Of a DNA stretch of 34,614 nt, positions 23,601 through 34,614 are shown piece after piece (the stretch's first letter is position 1; every line of letters starts with the position of its first letter). The translations under genes and the position numbers were made by a program. The DNA is taken from assembly GCA_008636045.1 (NCBI GenBank), contig SNRW01000050.1, forward strand, positions 1 to 34,614, read 5' to 3'. Source of the stretch: Streblomastix strix. Its lineage: Eukaryota. The notes under the pieces were generated by a model. That model was not told the DNA's origin, ran no database searches, and was given only the letters and a program-made list of their open reading frames with translations.

Positions 23601-26341
23601 CCCCTCCAATTCCTATTGATTCAACTAAATATTTGATATATTTAAGTTCTTGGATAAGTTGTTATTTAAGTGGCAAATCTCCACAATTCCAGAATTTGCT
23701 TAATAATTAAAGACAATTAATCCATATTTTATATGATTCTTCATTATTTAATTATTTGTGCTATAATAGACAGATATCAGTTAAAACTATAAGAAATTGA
23801 ATTGTTTCTGGGAAGAATGTGAATTTGTACATTTGGGACTTATTCAGATTGGAGATTAAGAACAACAATGCTAAATTCATTTACAGCTTCTATTATATTA
23901 CAATCATTTAATCTTTTTCATATCTATATATTATAAAAGAAGATGAAATATCTCTGATATTTTGCTTAAGATGGTTGATCATGTTGTGTTTTTTAATGAG
24001 AAACTTTTCAACGAAGTCGGTTTTTGGTGATTTAAGTTATTTAAGCGCGTTGATTGCAGACATTTGGAAATTATTAATTAACGGTTAATCTTCAACAACA
24101 ACATTGAATTGGCAATTGGGTTTTGAGCAATTAATATGCAGTAGTTGTGCTAATAGCTCATGAATATTAACATGGAAGATGATATAGTTCCTCTCATCAG
24201 GTATTTAATCCAATATTTCAGCAATTTTCAGGTATTTTTCTGCTTTTTAAAGTTAGATTTCAAATTCATTGCCATTAATTTCTTCATTTTCTTTAATTAA
24301 ATCTTATTATTATTTAATTCTAAGGTTCTTTAAGGTTGAACATAATTGCGATAGATTCATTTCCAGAACTTTTGAATAGTATTTATGAATTATTTAATCT
24401 TTAAACTGTCCTTTGGTTATATTAAGAATTATATGTATAAGTTTTTCAATTAAACAAGAATTAGGAGAATCATTGAGATATATTTCTTGTTTTTCAATTT
24501 TTTTTCTTGTTAATTCTTTGATTTTTATTAAAAGTCTATATTAATCAGAATCATTTAATAGCATTTCTGATGCCCTATTAGTAAATGCATATTCAATTAG
24601 GTCAAGTAAAGCTAATTCAGAAACTTTTTCACAATTATTCAAATGATGCGCTATTATTTGGCAAAGTTAACTGTTAAAGAATGAGTTGAACAGTTTAATA
24701 TCAACTTTTCTGATTTGTTCAATCTATACGATTAGACTCTCAATCAATTTTGCTTTTTATTCATTGATGGGATAAGTTTGTTTGAATATCTGATCAACTA
24801 ATATTGCAATAGATGACTCTGTTTGTTATTAGTTGATAATATTATTTAAATATGACTTGTTATTGTTACTCTTTTATTATTAATCATTGATAATTTCCTC
24901 TTTTGGTTTGACGTAATTCACATAAAGTTAATATCCTTATCCACTTTCACTTATATTAAATGTATCACCAGACAATTCTGACAATTTCCTGTTATTAAGA
25001 TGCAAAATAGCCAATCTTGCGCTTTCCTCATCTTTATAGTAACAAAATGCTGAAGCATTTCCCTTATTATTAATCTATACCTTGAAAGATGCAATTTATC
25101 CATATTATAGGAATATGCGTTTTAAATCCTCTTCAGTTAAGTCAGATGGAAAATTGCGTATAAAAAGATTCTTATTGCGAGATTACTCTTTCAACATCTA
25201 TTCGCGCATGAATTAGTCCACATTGGAATAGGCAAATTAAACATGAAGTTTATTATTTGTAGAGTCAACTTATGATTAATTGGACTTATAATCTATTTCT
25301 TATTATTCTTGTTTTTAATTCTTATTCAATTATTATTTATTAATTTCAATTTTCTTCTCTTTCTCATAAATTGGAAATGGTTTATCATCTAATTCATTTA
25401 TACATTTTTGAGCAGATTATTCAGTATCAAATTAAACAAACACAACTCTTTCTTATGAATTATTCTTTGATTGAGTTGAATTAATACTTTAGACAGTTCC
25501 AATTTGATTCATAATTTCCTTAACCTTATCATCACTGATATTTATGCTTAAATTCGATATCATGACGGTTCTATGCTCATTCTTATTTGGATTGAATCTT
25601 TCAGCATTAGAATCTTTCCGATATTCCATCAACGTGCATGGTTTACCTTTAATATGCCTATAATTCAGCTCCTTTAATGCTTTCTGAGCAAATTCTTAAC
25701 TGTTAAAATTTATATATCCATATTTGAGTGATTTGTAAGGAGGAAGGCGATTCCTGCACAATTTTACGCTTTTAAGGCAATTTGGATCTTTTAATCCTTA
25801 GATGAAAAAGTCAGTTAAATCTTATTCAACAGCATCTGGGGACAAATCTTTTATATAGATTGTGGCTTGGAATTGACCTTATTGCGAATTTATTACCTAT
25901 ATAAATATAAATTTATTTATATTAGAAAAAAAAAGGTTAAAAAATAATTAATTTTATAAATAAATATATTTATAATTAATTAAATTATTATAAAAAGACC
26001 TTCTAATCCTGCTCTATTGGAGGCTGAGAAGATGATTCAGTTTATTAATTAGACTTTTATGGTGTTAAATCCCCATCTAATGTTTCTGGTCTTATTTTAT
26101 CCTTATTCTGCACAATAACTTCAATTTCTACACCATTCAATATATTCCCATTGGTTTAATCTCGAGCTTATTCTGCTTGTTGTTATGTAAGGAATCTGAT
26201 TAGTGCACTATTTTTGTTACTCGACTGTTCAGTTTGCTCAATAATTACATCGATTGGGTCAAACTTTGCAAAATGTTTTATGAGTTAACCTTTTGTCAGT
26301 CTACCTTCTTTCCAACTCACTTGAACATTCCACTACGCCAT
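20644..26341 (-). CDS. Poly(A)-binding-protein-like chimera: 4 RRMs, HINC domain, Q-rich coiled coil, degenerate MLLE/PABC and acidic tail (7 exons)
   Basis: The second RRM (ATIYIKDLSPDAVEQDL...SVKLCRNRLPPYKSLKYGYINF...ALKELNYRHIKGKPCTLM) matches PABP RRM1. The fourth RRM (NLFIRNFPSDLTEEDLKRIFLQYGQIASFKV...LYVNY) resembles PABP RRM3/4. The HINC motifs LLHINCSKPNC, IGIGGG and EQIEELGGYEEVEA follow. MLLE-like segment: QLYKKVSTIDKQNADKITAILLNLRVQQQIEMLQDDDLLRNNI. The first in-frame TGA is 20646-20644; it follows an A-run, so the exact C-terminus is less certain. Confidence 0.85.
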
Positions 26342-27428
26342 TGTAGATCTTAAATATATATGTAATAAAATAATAATAATAATATGAATAAAACTTTAGC
26401 TATTAATATATTTATCTTTATAAAAAAAGTGTTGGTAGAATTCAATTTTTTGAAACTTAAAATAATGTGATATATTTATAATTAAATAAGATAAAATTAT
26501 ATGGAACTGGCTGTATGTAAATGTTATAGCTAAAAATAATTAATATATTTAATTAAGTGTTGTAAAAGAAGTCAAAAAACGCAAAAGCAAAATAGAAAAA
26601 AAAATTTTTTATTTAATATTAAAATTTTGTTTATAGTTAGAAAAAATTACAATAAATGTTTAATTAATTTTAAATAAAGAAAAAATTTCGGTATGAACAA
26701 TTGAGATATACGTATAATTGAAATTTTAATAAGAAAAGCAAATTTGCGTTGGTTTAAAGTCATTACGTTAAGTAAAAAGAAATTTAATATTTTATAATTA
26801 TAAAAATTTATATTTTATTTGTATTAATTTTATATTAAAAGGTAATTATGAATAATTCAACTGGATAAAACATAAACAAATTTTGCAAGTTTAATTTCCC
26901 TTTAATTTGTCATATTTTAGCTTATATATTAAAAATAAAGAACATATAAAATCATATTAAATATTTTAATTAATGTTAAACAAAAATTTCTAGTTTGAAT
27001 TTTAATTTGACGTTGAATTACTCTGTTATTACTTGTTTATTTTACAATATTTTCATAATTATATACGATAAATATATCATATAGTTAATATTTATAGTTA
27101 ATACATATATTTATATTTTTTGAGCTAGTATTGCTGTTTTTAATGAAAATTATATTATTTCTCAACAATTAGAAAATAGTTATTTATATAATCAATAAAT
27201 ATGTTGGAAATAATTCATGTTTTATTTTTTATTTTTATTATTTAACAATTTTATACATTAATATATTTATTAAAAACTAATCTAAAAATAAATTTCAAAA
27301 ATCAGAGCATAACTCCGCTTATTGAGTTATAATTTTTGTTTTTATTATATATTTTTGTTTATTTATTTTAATATGATTTTTTCAATTATTTATCATTATT
27401 TTTTTCTTTTCTGCATTTCATAGGAAAT

Positions 27429-30400
27429 ATGGATTAGTATTCTCCACAGTTTCAAGATTGTGTGTATTTTTATTTTTATTATTTTTATTTTACTATGTTT
27501 ATTTTCTTTTTTTCTTTATTTTTAGTTGACATAATAAAGAATATATCCCACAGAACGGATGGTAGAACGTTTATAGTAAGATAAAAAACATCACAGTAAA
27601 TTTATGTAGTGAAGATTGTTAATAGTCAAATGGCCAAAGAAATAGTTTCTCAATTGCATCGTTTGAATTCACGCTATACAGTTTGATATATGCTATTATA
27701 GCAAGTAAATATATCAATATCCTTTTTTAATTTGAACTTCTATTAGGTTAACTTAATTTGGGAATTTGTAGAGTAAGAAGACTTATACCTCGTCTTTGAA
27801 TATTACAGCAGTGGAAATATTCTGAGTACAATTTTATAACTTCAGGAACTTCCCGTTGAAGAACGAATGGTGGTTTGCGATTATTAATATATTATTATAA
27901 CATTTATTAAATATTGTTTTTATTTGATAGCATGTCTAGGAAATATTAGCACAAATCATACTTTCACTTGACTTCATGCACTCTCAAGGTGTTATACATA
28001 GGTTTGTAATAGGATTCTTGTATATTATTCAACCATATATATTGATTTGATAACATTCTATATTTATTTCAGGAACATTAAACCTGAAAATATTTTTCTT
28101 ATGGAAGATGGATCAATTCGTTTAGGTAAGAATATTCTTTATTTATTATTATTAATTGAACTATTTTATTTCTATTTATATTTAGGTGATTTTTGCATTA
28201 TGAAGGAGCTTACTGAGAAAGATTTCAAGAGAAATGATGGAATAAAGTTTATTTTATTTTTTTTTTATTACTAATTAAATTCATTTAATTATTTTTTATT
28301 TTTCTATTTAATTTATTTATTAACTACAGTCATTATATTGCTCCAGAAGTTTGGATGATGAAGAGGTACAATTTATTGACTTAATATAATATTAAATAAT
28401 ATAGCAATAAATATTTATTTATAATTTATTAATATTATATTTATATTATATACACAGTATGGATTCCAGCACAGATATCTATTCATGTGGTATTATCACC
28501 TATGAAATGCTAATTGGATCTCATCCATTCTATGCATAAAGTGAATAAGGCATTATTGACAGGATTAAGGGAGGTGATATTTAGGAGATGCCTTATTGGG
28601 TTCCAGATGAAATGAAGAAGCTTTTGTATACAATGTTGAACTTGGTATGAATTAATTAGATAATAATAATTATTATTATATATAACTATTAATAATAAAT
28701 ATCTTAATAATGCCTTATATTTATATTCATTTATACTTACTATCTATATATCCTTACAAGGATCCTATCAAAAGACCAACAACTAAATTCATTATGTAAT
28801 TGGAACCTATTTGGGTTAGTCTATAATAATCTAAGTTGAAATAAAAGTCAATTTCAGGACAAAATAAATTAAATCAGAATTCAGTTGTTTTTTCATCTTC
28901 TAATTCCACATCTCATAATACAATTAATTCATAATAAGGAAGTAGTTAGTTAATAATTGATGAAAATGGATATGAATAAAGACAATATGGAGATCTATTT
29001 ACACAATCAGCATATAATATTGGTTAATTGGAATAATAAGGAAATGAAGATGAAGTTATTTTCATATAGGATAATGATGAATTATATAGAAATGATTAAT
29101 CATATAGCTCAATCTATTAACAGCAATAAGATTAAGAATCGAGTTAAATAAAAGCTAATAAAGAATAAGGATTATATGTAAGAGTAGTTGGTGTGCATAA
29201 CCTGAGCTTATTCAATCAGATATTATTGAGAAGTCCATATGTAGTGTTGTCTATTGGAATGAATGAAGAAAGAACATAAACAAAGAAGAACACGAATAAT
29301 GTTGAGTTTGATGAAGAATTCCATATTGAGTATAACTATGAATGTGATGTTGACATTTTGAATGTGGAAGTCTGGAATGAAGATTAAGATTGAGATGATT
29401 ATATAATTGGATAAGCAGTTGTGCATGTATGAATTGCTTATAATAATTTATATTACATTATTTTACAATATATTAATATATTTTTAACATATTATTATAT
29501 TATATAATATATTATATTACACAATATATTCAATATGATCAGGTTCTTCCCTACCTCAACAACAAGCAGAATATCAAACTGATAATCAAGAATGATGACG
29601 GCGAAGATGAAGGATAAGTTGAACTTCAGTTGCTGCTGATACTTGAATAGCAGAATTAGTTTATATAACTGAGCGATATAGATTCAAGCAGTCAGAATAT
29701 TACTGAAAGAAGAAGTGAATAGTTGAATGAAAACAATGAAGAATATTAGATGTAGAATATATATGAGAATTCGATTGATTAATAATTAATTGGAAATATT
29801 GAAGAATAAGATATATATGAATAGAATATTAGTTAATCTAAAGCGAATAACTTAAACTTTCAGAGCCTAAGTTTGGAGGATTTATCTTCCACAACAGCTT
29901 AAAATAAATCAAATGAAAATGAAACTAAATAAAAATAAGAAAATTACTATGAAGATATTGAAGAAGATTCTGATGATATATAATTATTGGATACTAAATA
30001 ATAATAAAATAATGAAGAATAAGATAATGATGAATAATAAATAAATGATTAATAAAATATTGAATATTAAATAAATAATAAATAAAATAATGAATAATTA
30101 GATAATGAATAATTATTAGATACCAATTAATAAAATAATGATGAATAAAACAATGATGAATATTAAATAAATAAATAATAAAATAATAAATAATTAGATG
30201 ATGAATAATTATTAGATATTAATTAATAAAATAATGAAGAATAAAATAATGATGAATAATAAATAAATGATTAATAAAATAATGAATATTATATAAATTT
30301 ATAATAAAATAATGAATAATTAGATAATGAATAATTAGATAATGAATAATTAGATAATGAATAATTATTAGATACCAATTAATAAAATAATGAAGAATAA

Positions 30401-33400
30401 AATAATGATGAATATTATATAAATTTATAATAAAATAATGAATAATTAGATGATGAATAATTATTAGATACTAATTAATAAAATAATGAATAATAAGAAC
30501 GCGAATTGAAATTCAGTTATAGTAACTATTATTAATTGGAAGAAGCATTGTTAAAAGATGATTAAGAATAAAGTTAAGGTCAAGAATAAGAATAGAATAA
30601 AATAACAGAAGAAGATTTCAATAAAGAAATTAGATTAATCAAAACAGTGGTAATAATTAGCAACGTTTCTGTAAGTGATTTATCTTCAAGCAATGAATTG
30701 CAGAATACTTATTCATATGTCATATTTAAATTAGATGGTATTATATCACGCACAAATGTAATAGAGAATAATCTGGATTTTGATTCTGATAATGAAGATG
30801 AAATTGAAATTGAATTTAATGAGATAAATTAATAAGAAAATAAATAATTAGAAATTGAAGTGTGGAAATATGATAACTTTAATGTAGATGAATTAATGGG
30901 AAATGCAATTATTGAGGTAATATAAATGAATATATTATATATTTTAATAGTAATAAATATATTATTATATATTTTAATTTACCAATAATATGATTTATTA
31001 ATTTGTATTATTTCAGATTGATCCTGCATTCTCTGAAACAATTTAGGTACAACTTCCACTATATCAATTTGAAGATAAAATATAAGATATTCTTCAATTG
31101 CAAAATAATTATCAATAATAAACCAACATTTAAGGCTAAATATCCTTTTCTATGAAATTAACTGCCAAAGGGATGAACAACAAAGATTCGAATATTAAAG
31201 TAGAGAATGCAGAATAAAGAATGCAATATATAAAAGAATAAAGTGAAAACCAAAGTGTTGATAGAAGAATGCAACTAATTACAGAAGATGGAGCTCTTAA
31301 TGATATAATACAAGTGTTCCATTATTCATATACATGCAAAGTATACTGGTTAAAGACAAGATTAATTAAACTTGGATGCGAAGCTGCCGATTCCCTTCTT
31401 GTTGCGAATAAACCAGCCATTCCATATGCAATTGAACCTAATGGTATAGCTGATGAAATTATCTATCTTTTGAATCAGCTAGAAATACATGAGATTAAGC
31501 AGTACCATCTATAAGCTATATGCAGAATAGAAGCTGCAGGATCATATGAGCAGAATCAGCAGATATATTAGAAGGGTATTTTATATGCAATGAAGAGGTC
31601 TCTACAAAGCCAGGATGAAGATACACTTGAATGGACAACGTTTATTATCTTCTTAATCACATATTCTATTGCATCATTATAAAAGAGAGGGAGACCAAAT
31701 CCATTGAGAGAAGAATTTGAGAATAATGGATTATTATCTCAGATTGTATCTATACTAATAAATGATAAATACAAGAATTAGGAGATCAATAGATATGCAG
31801 CGATAACGATTGGATGTTTATTCAAAGCTACTCCACTTCCAGATGGATTTGGATAAGCGTTAGTTCTCTATCATAAGGAAATGGCTCTGAATAATAATTA
31901 CTTCCTTTCGTTTGACTCGTTAAATGCACTATTCTTCTTATCTGAATCAAATGGTATGAATTATTTGTGATATATTTATTTGTAATGTAATTAGTTTAAT
32001 ATGAATTAATATTTATATATTATATATATTTTTATTTATTTTATATTATTATGTTATTACAAATATTCATTTAGAAAATCACTATTTGATCCTTACTGAT
32101 GAATTTCTCCATACCATTATCCAAATCTTGTATGATATCGATAAATTAGAATTATATCCCATTGTAATCGAGAATCTCACAAATCTGCATTAATTTGGAG
32201 ATGAATAAACTAAAACAACAATAAACGACCAAATAACGAATGATAAACTTGAATAACTTGTCCAAATTGAAGATGAAGGTTTGAAGAGAAAATTAGTTGA
32301 GTTTATGAAACAGACAGACAAGAAAATAATAAATAGAACAGAGCCAGATAAAAATAATGATAATAATCATATAAATGATGATGAATATTATTATGGTAAT
32401 AATGAAGGCATCCAGAAACATTATGATGAAGATTGCATGTAATTTAGACCATATGAAGAATATTAAGATGATGGAACATGGAAAAGTGTATTGCAAGTGA
32501 AAGTAATAGGAATATACAACTTGACATCATTTGATCCAGTGTTCAAGAAATGCCCTTATGTTCTCTTGTCATTTGGGTAATAATAATAGAAAACTGAAGT
32601 TTAGCCAAAATCAATGAATGTTGAATTCAATGAAGATTTTGAGTTTGATTATAATTTGGATGATGAAAATTAATTAGGAATTGAAGTTTGGGATACTAAT
32701 CCATATAATGATGACGATGAAGAGATAATTGGAAGTACAAATGTTATTGTATGATATTATTATAATAATTTTTAAAATATAATTGAAAATTATACTTGTT
32801 TAGATAATATAATTCATAAATAATCTTTATCATTATTTATTTATTTATTATTATTTACATCATTCAGGTACAACCAATTCAAAAGAAGAAGTATGTTGTA
32901 CTTGAAGATTTGACAGATGAATACAAAGTTGAAGTTTGTTAAGTATTATTGGAGCTGTTTATAACAAATGTTAAGAAGAATGAAGAATAATAAGATGATA
33001 ATAAAGAATAAGAGAAAGAATAAGAATAAGAGAAAGAATAAGAGAAAGAATATGAATAAGAATAAGAGAAAGAATTAGATTAAGATTTAATCAATGAGAA
33101 GAAAGAATAAGAGAAAGAATAAGAATAAGAGAAAGAATTTGATAATATTCCAGAAGAATAAACAAATGGCATTCCAGAAGAAATAATTCCCCCAAAAATA
33201 TTTGAATAGAATATTGAGAAAGAAAAATAGAAACCAAAAGATCTTTATTAACCAAATGTGGAAGATGAAATTTCAGATGAAGATGAAGAAGAGGAAGATT
33301 AAGATGAAGATAGTATAGAATAATAAAAACCAAATGACATTGGAGTTAAAAATATGCCAATATAAGATAATAATAATTAAAATTTAAATTAGAAAGGCCC

Positions 33401-34614
33401 TTAAAAAGATTATGAAAAAGAAAAACCGAATTTATAAGAATAAATTAAACCACAAGTTGTTAAACAAAACTAATATAAACCTACTTAAAAGGATAATAAA
33501 TAAAATTAGCCATAATTGAATGAAAAACAATTAGAAGAATAAAATATCCAATATAATAAAGGAGTTATATATACATTAATTGGATCAGTAAATATACCAT
33601 ATGATGAATTCATGAATGAAATATTAGATCTGTATATAAAATTAAAGTTAGGTAATGAAATAAAGAGAACTAAAACTGTTACTAATGATACAATATATGA
33701 ATTTAATGAGAGATTTGATATTGAGTTTGATCCGGATGTAACAAATGGAAGATAAATGTATTTGGAAGTTTGGGAATATAATGAATATGATGAAGATTAG
33801 ATCGTTGGTATTGTTTCTATTCCAGTATGAATAACTATATATATAATATTTGAATATTGAATAAAATATTTTTTATTTATTATTATTAATTATAACTTTT
33901 AATATTCATTAAAATCAGATTCTTCCATATCTGTTCAACTATTCTGAATTAAAATTAAACATTGAAATTGTTGGATCATATAAAAACAAATAAAAAGGCA
34001 TTCTTGATATATCAGTAATATATGTACCTGATCTGATAGTAACATAATAAGAGTTGGATATTGTCAGAGAAGTTATTAATGATGATTCAGATTGTTATGA
34101 TGAAAATGAGATTGATGATGAAGTATAATAAGTATTGAATTAATTGGATTAAGCTGATTAATATGATAATAAAGAAAATATAATAAATGATGATGATAAT
34201 TAAAATGAATTAAATAAATAATTAGAAACACCTTTAAAAATGAATTTTAGATGATAGACAATCAAATTTCCTTATTCTTCTGAATTGAAACCATTCACTT
34301 CATCATTTGTTCCAAAATCAATCAGAAATGCACCTTTGAGAAATAATAAATAAAATGAATTAAAATCATCTATTTAAAAAGAAAATATATTAAATGAGAT
34401 AAATAATAAATAAAATTAAGAAGATAAAATAAATGAAGAAGATTATGATGAGAAATATAAAGAAACAATATAAAACCCTTTTATCCTAAAACCTTCAACA
34501 ATAAAAGATATTTTCATGATAATTCCAAATGATGAATATTTCAGTTAACAACTTAATAACTCACTTTCTAAGTTGATATAACGATTAGATAATACACAAG
34601 AAATTGATAGTAAA
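27429..34614 (+). CDS. Giant NEK/CAMK-like pseudokinase with four C2 domains and an ARM-like domain; two in-frame TGAs; 3'-partial (possible pseudogene)
   Basis: The kinase domain is spread over 8 small exons: YVVK, LYLVFEYYSSG, VIHRNIKPENIFL, LGDFC, YIAPE, DIYSCGII, DPIKRPT. C2-like units (PYVVLSIG...EFDEEF...VEVW...IIG) lie at about 29170-29640, 30645-31165, 32485-32965 and 33560-34025. An ARM-like block lies at about 31270-32300 (PNPLR, AAITIGCLFKA). In-frame TGAs at 29391 and 34252; the frame stays open afterwards to the window end. Confidence 0.8.
29981..30495 (+). repeat. Coding minisatellite, about 5 imperfect copies of QLLDTNQQNNEEQNNDE...QNNEQLDNE
   Basis: The anchor ttatt(a/g)gata recurs near 29984, 30113, 30208, 30365 and 30461, with variable internal gataatgaataatta sub-repeats. 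Confidence 0.85.
33005..33137 (+). repeat. Coding EQEK repeat (gaataagagaaa)
   Basis: Multiple 12-bp and 6-bp units between C2 domains 3 and 4. Confidence 0.8.

Noticed and set aside
29981..30495. Repeat array as a possible CRISPR
   Set aside because: Units are imperfect, have no unique spacers, lie in frame inside a eukaryotic exon, and no cas genes are present.
4947..33333. Most ORFs in the supplied six-frame track
   Set aside because: They were computed with the standard code. Most are antisense or off-frame shadows of real genes. Only 19014-19226, 30647-30832, 31269-31514 and part of 28047-28274 are in-frame fragments of the spliced genes described.

Overview
Very AT-rich eukaryotic genomic DNA with GT-AG spliceosomal introns and a non-standard genetic code: TAA and TAG read as Gln, and TGA is the only stop. 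The supplied standard-code ORF track is therefore almost all artefact. The code, intron density and GTTTG/GTATG-type donors fit an oxymonad such as Streblomastix, but this is inference and a ciliate is not excluded. Re-translation by hand gives nine genes: (1) a frameshifted TM plus ARM-like gene; (2, 3) two divergently oriented genes sharing an unrecognised ~430-aa helical domain with an LFHINC motif, one of them fused to an RRM; (4) an N-acylated tandem-Ubl/Zn/RING-H2 protein with an internal RLRGG; (5) PhLP3/TXNDC9; (6) a UBA/CUE-like protein with a huge Q-rich tail; (7) a WW-MyTH4-RhoGAP (ARHGAP39-like); (8) a poly(A)-binding-protein derivative with the same HINC domain inserted between its RRMs and MLLE; (9) a giant pseudokinase-C2-C2-ARM-C2-C2 gene with two in-frame TGAs that runs off the window. 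The most interesting signals are the modular HINC domain joined to RNA-binding modules and the potentially DUB-cleavable, membrane-tethered RING ligase. No database searches were run, so claims of novelty are provisional.
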